A stretch of DNA of 64,000 nucleotides from Candidatus Latescibacterota bacterium. GTDB lineage: Bacteria > Latescibacterota > UBA2968 > GCA-2709665. The DNA lies in contig CBDCOX010000002.1 in the NCBI GenBank assembly GCA_965219995.1, positions 576,001-640,000 of the forward strand, written 5' to 3'. The notes beneath the pieces were generated by a model, which was not told the origin of the DNA, searched no databases, and was given only the letters and a program-made list of their open reading frames with translations. The position numbers were made by a program, and so were the translations under genes. Below are positions 1 through 8,795 of this stretch, one piece after another. How positions within the stretch are numbered: position 1 is the first letter of the stretch; every line of letters begins with the position of its first letter.

Positions 1-632
1 CGACGCTGACCGTTCTCTCAAGGTGCGCCTGGTATGATCCGTACTTGCTGGAGACCGCCTTGCACCCCGTCCTGCTCCCGATCATCGAGGAGGTCGTCGG
101 CGGTGACGTGCGCCTGGAAGAACATCAGTTCCTGATCAACTATCCTGATGAGCCTCCCGCCGACACCGGCACACCGTCATGCAAGGTCGCGGACGAAGGG
201 TGGCACCGGGGTATCGCCCCGAACGTCGGCGGTTTCGAGGCGGATGAGCACTACCACTGTATGTTCAGCAAAGCCTTCATCTACCTGACCGACAACGGCC
301 CGGGAGAGGGCACCTGGGTGGTGCCGGGAAGCCACCGCATGAATTTGCCCATGGCAACGCTTCGCGAATTCATGGACGAAACCCTGGCGCGGCAACTGCA
401 ATCCCGTGCCGGAGACGTGCTCATCCTTAGTGAAACGCTCATCCACGCCGGTCCCCGGCTGGGCGCGGGCGCGCGGCCGCGGTATTCGCTCGTGTACGGA
501 TATACGCCGCCGTTCATGCAGACGTGGAATCGATACGATCCGCCCGCTGATCTGCTCGAACGGGTGACGCCCGAACAACGGCGCCTGCTGACCGGCGAAC
601 TTCGATACGCATTCCGCCGCGGGCAATTCTGA
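1..632 (+). CDS. Phytanoyl-CoA dioxygenase (PhyH)-family Fe(II)/2-oxoglutarate enzyme, 5'-truncated by window edge
   Basis: Frame is open from position 3. It has GTWVVPGSH and AGDVLILSETLIHAG motifs typical of PhyH. The metal-binding motif reads WHRG rather than HxD. Confidence 0.8.
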   Translation, partial: TLTVLSRCAWYDPYLLETALHPVLLPIIEEVVGGDVRLEEHQFLINYPDEPPADTGTPSCKVADEGWHRGIAPNVGGFEADEHYHCMFSKAFIYLTDNGPGEGTWVVPGSHRMNLPMATLREFMDETLARQLQSRAGDVLILSETLIHAGPRLGAGARPRYSLVYGYTPPFMQTWNRYDPPADLLERVTPEQRRLLTGELRYAFRRGQF

Positions 633-764
633 GGATCGGCGTCGCCCCACCTGCAAGATGCGCAGCGACCGCAATAGGGTGCACGTCGGCAATTTGAATC
701 CCATTCTCTTGTAACGAGCCCGCCCGGATCGGGTAACCGGCAACACGAATGGAGGGCAGCACCC

Positions 765-1913
765 ATGGCTGAGGAAAAAGGGACGGCTTTCCGGTCAGAA
801 TACGTTCGCTGGCTCGTCGTTGTTGTTTGTATATACGTACTGCTGGTGGCCGTCGGCCTGATCGGCAAGGGTTTTCGTCTGGAATTCGGCGATGCGGAGG
901 GCATCGGATCCCTGTTCGCACTGGCGACCAATCCGTTCATCGGACTGGTTCTCGGTATCCTCGCGACGGCCTTGCTCCAGTCTTCCAGCACCGTTACTTC
1001 CATCATCGTCGGTCTGGTCGCGGGGGGAATGCCCATTGCGATGGCGATCCCCATGGTAATGGGCGCCAACGTCGGGACGACGATCACGAACACGATTGTC
1101 AGTTTCGGGCACGTGGGCCGGTCGGGCGAGTTCAGAAAAGCATTCGCAGCGGCCACGGTACACGATTTCTTCAATGTCCTGAGCATCGCAATTTTCCTGC
1201 CGCTGGAGCTCGTGTTCGGCTTTCTCGATAAACTGAGCGGCGAGTTGACCCATATCGTTGAAAACATCGGGTCAGTCGACGCGGGCGGGAAGGGAATCTT
1301 CAAGGTCGTCATCGGTTTCGGTACCGGCCTTTTCGAGTCGGCGATATCCTGGCTCCCCGACGTGTGGGCGGGACTGGTCTTGATCATCCTGGGAATCGCG
1401 CTTATTCTGATCTCGATCATGTATCTGGGAAAGGCGCTGAAGAGCGTGTTCGTGGGCAAGGCGCAAAGGTTCCTGCACGCGGCCGTCGGCAAGGGTCCGG
1501 TTACCGGTATCTTCTCCGGTACGGTGGTTACCGTGCTGGTGCAGTCGTCTTCGACCACCACAAGCCTCATCGTGCCCCTGGCCGGGTCGGGCGTGATCGG
1601 GCTTCGTCAAGTCTACCCGTTCACGCTCGGCGCCAACATCGGGACAACCATCACCGCGCTCCTCGCCGCGACCGCAATCACGGGCCCCACCCATGCCGTT
1701 GCGCACCAGATCGCGATTGCGCATTTTCTCTATAATCTGGTGGGTGTCGTCGTCATCTACGGCATCCCCTGGCTGCGGGGGATTCCGATCGTGGGCGCCG
1801 AGTGGCTTGCGCGCCTCGGCAGCGAAAGGAAATGGTTGGCCATCCTGTATATCGTCTTTGCGTTCTTCGGCATCCCGGCGGCGCTCGTGTTTGCCAACGC
1901 GTGGCTGTTCTGA
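765..1913 (+). CDS. Na+/phosphate cotransporter (NptA/SLC34 family)
   Basis: Two copies of the QSSS(T)T ... GAN(V/I)GTT repeat signature; multiple TM helices; GGAGG RBS upstream. Confidence 0.9.
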   Translation: MAEEKGTAFRSEYVRWLVVVVCIYVLLVAVGLIGKGFRLEFGDAEGIGSLFALATNPFIGLVLGILATALLQSSSTVTSIIVGLVAGGMPIAMAIPMVMGANVGTTITNTIVSFGHVGRSGEFRKAFAAATVHDFFNVLSIAIFLPLELVFGFLDKLSGELTHIVENIGSVDAGGKGIFKVVIGFGTGLFESAISWLPDVWAGLVLIILGIALILISIMYLGKALKSVFVGKAQRFLHAAVGKGPVTGIFSGTVVTVLVQSSSTTTSLIVPLAGSGVIGLRQVYPFTLGANIGTTITALLAATAITGPTHAVAHQIAIAHFLYNLVGVVVIYGIPWLRGIPIVGAEWLARLGSERKWLAILYIVFAFFGIPAALVFANAWLF

Positions 1914-1962
1914 ATCGCGGACGCAACGTCCAGCCAATCGCCTGCAATGAGGAACATACCTT

Positions 1963-2991
1963 ATGCCTTTTGGAGTCGCGGTTCTTGGAACCGGCCGCAT
2001 CGGCGGCAGCTATATCGACGTGGTGAAGAAGGCGCGTGGCGCCGATATCAGGGTTGTCGCGGAACCCCGGGACGATGCCGCTGCGCGCTGGCGGAGCCGG
2101 CATCCCGACGTCGATTTCGTCTCCGACTACCGGGAGACCCTGGAGCGCGGCGACGTGGACGTCGTCATCGGGACCCTGCCGCACTGGCTCCATCACCGGG
2201 CCGCGCTGGATGCCGCGGCCGCCGGCAAGCACGTTTACATGGAGAAACCGCTGGCCGCGTGGGCATGGCAGGCGGAGGAGATGCTGGCCGCGGCAGGCGA
2301 GAGCGGCGTCAAACTCATGACCGCACACACCCAGCGCTATTTCCCGGCCGTCAAGGCGATGAAGGGCGTTGTGGACCGTGGCGACCTGGGGTCGTTGATC
2401 ATGGCGTACGACATGTGGCACAAGCCCTATGTACCCTACAACCGGCCGGCGTGGATGCTGGACCGCGAACGGGGAGGCGGCATGGGTCAGATGGACGGCA
2501 CCCACCAGATCGACCGGCTGCTCTGGATCATAGGGAATGACGTTGCGACGGTCTCGGCGCAACAGGGGCAGTTCACCCACCCGAGATCGGATCATCCGAA
2601 AATCGATTGCGATGACACGGGAATGTACTTCTTCCGGTGGAAGAGCGGCGTGGTGGCAACGGTCAGCCGCATCGCGTGGGAGCGCGGGGCCACGGAGTAC
2701 GGCGGCGACTGGTTTTTCACGGATGGTATGGCGCGTTTCCGATTACCGTATGGCGGCGGCGATCCGCCGGGGTTGTTCATCGCTGACACGGGCGACGGGG
2801 TCTGGCGGCGCGAACCCGTTCCGGCTCGCGACAGTCTGCTGGACGAATTCACCGATTTCATCGGATCGCTCGAGCGAGGCGACGAGGATACACCGGTACC
2901 CCAGGTTCACGGACTGAACGTGCTCAGGGTACTGGAAGCCACCGAAGAATCCGCGCGGACCGGGCGTGAAGCGGTCCTGGACCTGGAGTAG
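1963..2991 (+). CDS. Gfo/Idh/MocA family oxidoreductase
   Basis: GTGRIG Rossmann motif, AGKHVYMEKPLA, GGG...DGTHQID. Confidence 0.9.
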   Translation: MPFGVAVLGTGRIGGSYIDVVKKARGADIRVVAEPRDDAAARWRSRHPDVDFVSDYRETLERGDVDVVIGTLPHWLHHRAALDAAAAGKHVYMEKPLAAWAWQAEEMLAAAGESGVKLMTAHTQRYFPAVKAMKGVVDRGDLGSLIMAYDMWHKPYVPYNRPAWMLDRERGGGMGQMDGTHQIDRLLWIIGNDVATVSAQQGQFTHPRSDHPKIDCDDTGMYFFRWKSGVVATVSRIAWERGATEYGGDWFFTDGMARFRLPYGGGDPPGLFIADTGDGVWRREPVPARDSLLDEFTDFIGSLERGDEDTPVPQVHGLNVLRVLEATEESARTGREAVLDLE

Positions 2992-3006
2992 GAAGGAGAG
3001 GGGAAA

Positions 3007-3750
3007 ATGGACGATATGCGGTCATTTTTCGAGGAAAACGGCTACTACCTTGCCAGAGGCGTATTTTCGCCTGGTGAAGTGGGCCGGCTGGAAGACGAAT
3101 TCGATCGAATTGTGCGTCAGATCGGCAGAAACGACAAGAATGGCTCCGCAAACGGCAACGGCGTCATCAGCACCCGCAACGTGCAGCAGTATTCCGGTCT
3201 GTGGATGGCCGCCCTGCTTCAGGATGAATTCCTCGACATTGTCGAACGACTCATCGGTCCGGATATCGTCCTCAATCATTCCACGCTCTTCGAGAAGCGG
3301 ATGACAACCGCAAAAACACCCTTCCACATGCACCAGGACTGGAGCTACCTGCCGACCCGGATGAACACCATGATTGCCGGTATGATCCACGTCAGCGAGG
3401 CCACGGAGGAAATGGGCTGCCTCAGAGTCTATCCCGGCTCCCACAGACACGGCCGGGTGGAAGGCTCTACGGCGACGAATGCGGCGTTCCACGAACAGTT
3501 TCCGTTTGAGGGGTCCACGGCGATTGAAGCACGGCCGGGTGACGTCACGTTTTTCGACTACTTCATTGTTCACGGCTCGCGGTCCAACCGCTCTGAAACG
3601 CCGAGGAAGGTGGTGATCGCGCGGATGTTTTCCGGCAGGGACCGGAAGGAAGACATCCATCAGTTCAGTGAAAATCTGGTGCTGCGCGGTTGGAATTATC
3701 ATACCACCACGGCCACGGCCAGGAAAACCGTTGTGAGGGCGGAAAAGTAA
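3007..3750 (+). CDS. Phytanoyl-CoA dioxygenase (PhyH) family protein
   Basis: FFEENGY start, HQDW (HxD), GCLRVYPGSH, distal HGS..N.SETPR. Confidence 0.9.
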   Translation: MDDMRSFFEENGYYLARGVFSPGEVGRLEDEFDRIVRQIGRNDKNGSANGNGVISTRNVQQYSGLWMAALLQDEFLDIVERLIGPDIVLNHSTLFEKRMTTAKTPFHMHQDWSYLPTRMNTMIAGMIHVSEATEEMGCLRVYPGSHRHGRVEGSTATNAAFHEQFPFEGSTAIEARPGDVTFFDYFIVHGSRSNRSETPRKVVIARMFSGRDRKEDIHQFSENLVLRGWNYHTTTATARKTVVRAEK

Positions 3751-3824
3751 AAGGGCAGGCCCGCGTGAAGACCGGCGCCGCGGGGCGGACTGCCGAATCG
3801 CCGAATGAAATATTAATTATTTAA

Positions 3825-3853
3825 TTGACCGGACGACGACATTTCCATATATT
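3825..3853 (+). promoter_or_regulatory. Candidate sigma70 promoter facing the repeat array
   Basis: TTGACC (3825-3830), 17-nt spacer, TATATT (3848-3853), inside an AT-rich patch (3806-3875) in otherwise GC-rich DNA. Confidence 0.5.
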
Positions 3854-3997
3854 AAATTATTAATGGATATAATGTGACACTGGGGATCAACGTACGGATC
3901 TCGATAGCCCGTACGGCCGCCAGGTCATTCAGAGGCACGTCGAAAAGTCCCGATCGAAACGTGGCCACCGCCTGTGCTGCGTGCGCCGCGCCTGTTA

Positions 3998-5166
3998 AAA
4001 CGTGGTCATTGAGCTTGTCGAAATGCCCGTATATTGGGATCCCGTCGACACTCGCGTAACCTCGGCATGCCCTTCTGGGCGCGGACGTGCCGCCTCTGAG
4101 GCTCGGGACACGTACAATCCATGCACGCGCGAGCCGATGCTGCAGTAGATCCTTCGTCAGCCGGCCAGCCGATGACCCTCTGGCAGGCCGGACCGCTTCC
4201 TCAGGATGACAGTACTTGCAAACGTGTAACATCCACATTTTCCGTTGGTTATTGCAAAACATGTCATTCTGAGCGCAGCGAAGAATCTCCCGTATTCTCG
4301 ATTGTCGGTAACGCTACGACAACGCGGTAAACACATTTGCGCGGACACGTCACCGGTTTGGCGGTTTCTTCTGGATGACGGATTAGGTGCGTGCCGGCAG
4401 ACAGGAATGTCTGCCCCACCCTAAAAGCGGCTTTGTCATCGTCTCCACCTTGCCGTGAATCCCCACGATTATTGTAGGGGCGTCCCTTGTGGGCGCCCGC
4501 CCTCTCGCAACGGAGATGATCGCCAATCTTGTCATTGTGAACTGGTTTTGAAAAGCCCGTATCGAACCGCGGTCATTGAGCTTGTCGAAATGCCCGTATA
4601 TTGGGATTCCGTCGAAACTTGCGCCAACGCGGCATGCCCTTCTGGGCGCGGACGTGCCGCCTCTGAGGCTCGGGACACTTACAATCCATGCACGCGCGAG
4701 CCGATGCTGCAGTAGATCCTTCGTCAGCCGGCCAGCCGATGACCCTCTGGCAGGCCGGACCGCTTCCTCAGGATGACAGTACTTGCAAACGTGTAACATC
4801 CACATTTTCCGTTGGTTATTGCAAAACATGTCATTCTGAGCGCAGCGAAGAATCTCCCGTATTCTCGATTGTCGGTAACGCTACGACAACGCGGTAAACA
4901 CATTTGCGCGGACACGTCACCGGTTTGGCGGTTTCTTCTGGATGACGGATTAGGTGCGTGCCGGCAGACAGGAATGTCTGCCCCACCCTAAAAGCGGCTT
5001 TGTCATCGTCTCCGCCTTGCCGTGAATCCCCACGATTATTGTAGGGGCGTCCCTTGTGGGCGCCCGCCCTCTCGCAACGGAGATGATCGCCAATCTTGTC
5101 ATTGTGAACTGGTTTTGAAAAGCCCGTATCGAAACGTGGTCATTGAGCTTGTCGAAATGCCCGTAT
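3998..5166. repeat. Tandem duplication of a 567-bp mosaic REP-like element (2 full copies plus the start of a third)
   Basis: GGTCATTGAGCTTGTCGAAATGCCCGTAT recurs at 4004, 4571 and 5138 (period 567) and the copies are near-identical. Each unit contains several distinct palindromic modules. Confidence 0.95.
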
Positions 5167-5298
5167 TCAGTCAGTTCCTGAAACCTTCGCCGACCCTTCG
5201 ACAAGCTCAGGGAGCGGCTCAGAGCGCGACAACGCGGTCAACACACTTGCGCGGAGAAATCGTCGTCGGCGAGGCGGCCAGACATAAGGAGGTCCGAA

Positions 5299-6849
5299 GT
5301 GAAATCCATATGGCTCACGCTATTCGCGTTGTCCCTCCCTGGGTCGCTTTCGGCGAAGGCGACGCTGACGATCGACGGCGCGTCCACGGACAGTACGATC
5401 ACCATCAAATATGATGTCCCGGAGAGTTCACACGTCCAGGTGAGGATCGTATCGACCGGTGGCACACTCGCAGCGCCACAATACGGTTTTCAGGCGCCCG
5501 GGAACTATACGATCGTACAGGACAAATCCGGATTTCCCAGGGGTGATTACCATGTGCAGTTGATATTGGATCGTGATCGGGACAAGGTGACCCGGCGTCG
5601 TTTCCTTCACAGCCCTTCGGGAAGGCCGATTGCACGGTCAAGAGAAGAACGAAACCTCTACAATCGATCGTTCATCAGCACCACGTTCGACCCGAAACAG
5701 GCTGTTGAACTTTGGAATGAACTGCTCACCCGGTATCCCGACTATGCAGGCAGGGGTGCGGCAATTCTATATTCGATCCCGGCCAGAATGTCCGCGACAG
5801 ACAGCATTGACGTCCACGCCGCCGCAGACAGTGCTGCAGCGTTGTTCGCATATCCCGCGACTTACGTGACCATCGGTCGTTTCCTTAGCGGCTTGGAAGT
5901 ACCGGCCAGTGTTAAAACGCGGTACCCGGAAACTGCGTTGAGTTATGCGGAAAGGGCCGTATTGCACATCGGCGATGTACCGGAACCCTACCGCAACGAG
6001 GCGCTCTATCGTTGCCAGCATCTCAGGGGTCACTGCCTGCAACTCCTGGGCAGATTCGATGAGGCCGAAAAGGCTTACAAAGAGGCCATTGAGACGCTCG
6101 CGTCGGTGGAGGGCGCCGGCACTTACATGGATTTCCTGCAGGACGTCTGGGCGTACCAGGGGCTCGCGTCGCTCTTCGAACAGCAGGGCAGGCACAGTAA
6201 CGCGGTCGAATTTTACGAAAAGGCAGTCAAGAGCAACCCGAGGAACCCTGAACTTTGGATGGCCTTGCAGCGAAATTTCAACCTCGCTCATGGGTCCGAC
6301 ACGGGATATGAGGCATACAGCCGGAAACTCGAAGCTTCAGTTCGGGGCGACGAGCATGAGAAGAAACACGGCCTACTGGGCAAGCCGCTACCGGGATTTG
6401 TACTGGCGCGATTGGACGGGGGTACGTTGTCGCTAGATCAGATTAAGGGCAACGTGAGCGTCCTGAACTTCTGGGCGTTCTGGTGCGGGCCCTGCATGTA
6501 TGAACTGCCGGTGATTGCCCGACTTGCGCGAGAAAATTCCGGGCGTGGGGTCAAAGTGGTTACCATCCACACGCCTCTGGAGTCCGTTCCCGGCATCACG
6601 AAAGAAGAATACCCGTCTGTCGTTAAGAACGCCGTGAGCAAGTACGAAGGCTCGTTTGAGACCGTCTGGGACAGCAAGGAACAGAACTTCGCGGTACGGT
6701 CCGGGACAAAATCCCTGCCGGTAACGCTGGTTGTGGACAGAGAAGGGATCGTTCGATACCGGATGGTGGGTTTCGATCCGGACAACGCCTACCGGAAACT
6801 CAAGGCGGCTGTGGATGGCTTGCATGTCGCTTCGGCCGAGCCGCGGTAG
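5299..6849 (+). CDS. Exported TPR-containing TlpA-family thiol:disulfide oxidoreductase with N-terminal FlgD-Ig/T9SS-CTD-like domain
   Basis: Signal peptide MKSIWLTLFALSLPGSLSA; TPR helices (LGRFDEAEKAYKEAI; AVEFYEKAVKSNP); VLNFWAFWCGPC redoxin motif; AAGGAGG RBS before the GTG. Confidence 0.8.
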   Translation: MKSIWLTLFALSLPGSLSAKATLTIDGASTDSTITIKYDVPESSHVQVRIVSTGGTLAAPQYGFQAPGNYTIVQDKSGFPRGDYHVQLILDRDRDKVTRRRFLHSPSGRPIARSREERNLYNRSFISTTFDPKQAVELWNELLTRYPDYAGRGAAILYSIPARMSATDSIDVHAAADSAAALFAYPATYVTIGRFLSGLEVPASVKTRYPETALSYAERAVLHIGDVPEPYRNEALYRCQHLRGHCLQLLGRFDEAEKAYKEAIETLASVEGAGTYMDFLQDVWAYQGLASLFEQQGRHSNAVEFYEKAVKSNPRNPELWMALQRNFNLAHGSDTGYEAYSRKLEASVRGDEHEKKHGLLGKPLPGFVLARLDGGTLSLDQIKGNVSVLNFWAFWCGPCMYELPVIARLARENSGRGVKVVTIHTPLESVPGITKEEYPSVVKNAVSKYEGSFETVWDSKEQNFAVRSGTKSLPVTLVVDREGIVRYRMVGFDPDNAYRKLKAAVDGLHVASAEPR

Positions 6850-7047
6850 ACCAGGGCGCCCGGCCTCCCAGGGTACCGGGAACCTTTGCCTCTCCAGTGC
6901 GTCTAATATAAGATGTAAGAATCAGTTACTGCGCCTGCCGTTCGCTCGAAACAAGCGAATAAACGGCGCGCTGGCGCAGCCCGTTCCAAGTGTCCCATCT
7001 TGCGACACTCAGCGCAAATCCGAGGGCCATCACAGAAAGGAGCGCCA

Positions 7048-8766
7048 ATGAGGACGATTCCCAGGATGTTCTGCCTCTGGCTTTTCTGTACCGCATTTAC
7101 AGCGGCCGGAATCGGGGCGGAGACCGCCTCCCCGCTGCTGCAGGCCATGCGGGAGGAAATGTCCCGCTCCATTGACCTGCTCAAACGGCAGCCGGTCCCG
7201 CCCTATTTTCTAAGTTATGAAATCACCGAGACACACGAGGTCCGTGTTGACGCATCGTTCGGCGCGCTGACCCGGAATCGGGAAACGCGCCGGCGTTTGT
7301 TGGACATCGATCTGCGCGCGGGAGACTATGCTTTCGACAATACCCACCCTGTCCGGGGACGAATACCCAGCTGGACCCGTCGGTTTTCAAGGATGGAAAT
7401 CCCCGTTGAGAATGACCCTGACGCGATTCGCAGCGTCCTCTGGTACCACACCGACGAAAAGTACAAGCGCGCACTTGAGCAATTGACAACCGTCACGACA
7501 CACGTCCAGGTCAAAGTGGAAGAGGAGGACCGGTCGGCCGATTTCTCCCGAGAGCCGGTTGTGCAATACGTGGAGGAACCCGCATCCTTCGATATCTCCC
7601 GTGATGAATGGGTGATCAGGCTCAAGAAATACACGGCGCCGTTCGCCAGGCACGGCGACATCTACGACGCTGATGCCAGTCTCACCGCGAATATCTCGAC
7701 TCGCCAGTACGTCAACAGCGAGGGCAGCGAGATCCAGACTTCACAAGTGCTCTACCGGCTCTTCATCTACGCCTTCACCAAGGCAGACGACGGCATGGTC
7801 CTGCCGCGTTACGAGTCCTTTTCCGCCGTCAGCGCGGAAGGCTTGCCCGGCGATGACGAAATCCTTGAGCTTGTCGGTCGCATGATCGCTGATCTCCAGG
7901 CCCTGCGCAACGCTCCGGTGGTGGCTCCCTACACGGGACCCGCCATCCTCTCGGGGCGTGCCAGCGGGGTCCTGTTCCACGAAATCTTCGGGCACCGCAT
8001 CGAGGGCCACCGCCAGAAGCGCGAGGAGGAGGGACAGACCTTTAAGAAGAAGATAGGTGAAAGAATACTCCCCTCGACGTTCTCGGTGTACTTCGATCCC
8101 ACACGAAAAAGCAGCGGAAGCGAAGATCTTGCGGGGGCCTACGCGTACGACAATCAGGGCGTCAGGGCGCGGCGTGTGGCCGTTGTCGAAAACGGTATTT
8201 TCCGACGGTTCCTCATGTCGCGTTCGCCCATCGAGAATTTTCCGAACTCCAACGGACATGGTCGCAAACAGCCGGGCTACAGGCCGGTCGCGCGGCAGTC
8301 CAACCTCATTGTGGAGACCTCGGACCCGCTTACCCGGGACGGGCTCAAGGAATTGCTCATCGAACAGTGCCGCAAGGAGGGTAAGGAATTCGGCCTTTAC
8401 TTCGAGGATATCCAGGGGGGATTCACCATCACCGGCCGTGGGTTTCCCAATGCATTCAACGTGCTTCCCATCATGGTCTACCGGATTTACGCGGACGGTC
8501 GAGAGGAACTTGTGCGTGGCGTCGACCTGATCGGAACACCGCTGACCGCCTTCAGCCGAATCGCCGCCGCCGACGATCGCATTGGTGTATTCAACGGCAT
8601 TTGCGGCGCTGAGTCGGGATGGGTTCCGGTGGCTGCCGTGTCACCGGGTATTTATATCTCTCAGATCGAGGTGCAGAAGAAAACCAAGTCCCAGGAGAGG
8701 CGTCCCATCCTCGACGCGCCGACCTCCGAAACGCCTCAAGACGAAGAAGACGGAGACCTCCTCTGA
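7048..8766 (+). CDS. TldD/PmbA family metalloprotease, catalytic TldD-like subunit, with signal peptide
   Basis: HEIFGH (HExxxH) zinc motif, YDNQG, SNGHGR, RQSNL, CGAESG. Start placed at ATG 7048 after AAAGGAG. Confidence 0.85.
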   Translation: MRTIPRMFCLWLFCTAFTAAGIGAETASPLLQAMREEMSRSIDLLKRQPVPPYFLSYEITETHEVRVDASFGALTRNRETRRRLLDIDLRAGDYAFDNTHPVRGRIPSWTRRFSRMEIPVENDPDAIRSVLWYHTDEKYKRALEQLTTVTTHVQVKVEEEDRSADFSREPVVQYVEEPASFDISRDEWVIRLKKYTAPFARHGDIYDADASLTANISTRQYVNSEGSEIQTSQVLYRLFIYAFTKADDGMVLPRYESFSAVSAEGLPGDDEILELVGRMIADLQALRNAPVVAPYTGPAILSGRASGVLFHEIFGHRIEGHRQKREEEGQTFKKKIGERILPSTFSVYFDPTRKSSGSEDLAGAYAYDNQGVRARRVAVVENGIFRRFLMSRSPIENFPNSNGHGRKQPGYRPVARQSNLIVETSDPLTRDGLKELLIEQCRKEGKEFGLYFEDIQGGFTITGRGFPNAFNVLPIMVYRIYADGREELVRGVDLIGTPLTAFSRIAAADDRIGVFNGICGAESGWVPVAAVSPGIYISQIEVQKKTKSQERRPILDAPTSETPQDEEDGDLL

Positions 8767-8795
8767 TTTCCATTCCAGCCCGCGGGAGCCATCTC

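Noticed and set aside
3998-5166. CRISPR array, or the duplicated 63-148 aa ORFs as real genes
   Set aside because: The period is 567 bp with no unique spacers and no cas genes. The ORFs are translations of palindromic repeats (VILSAAKNL, HFDKLND, VGAS.VGAR-type) with no RBS or domain signal.
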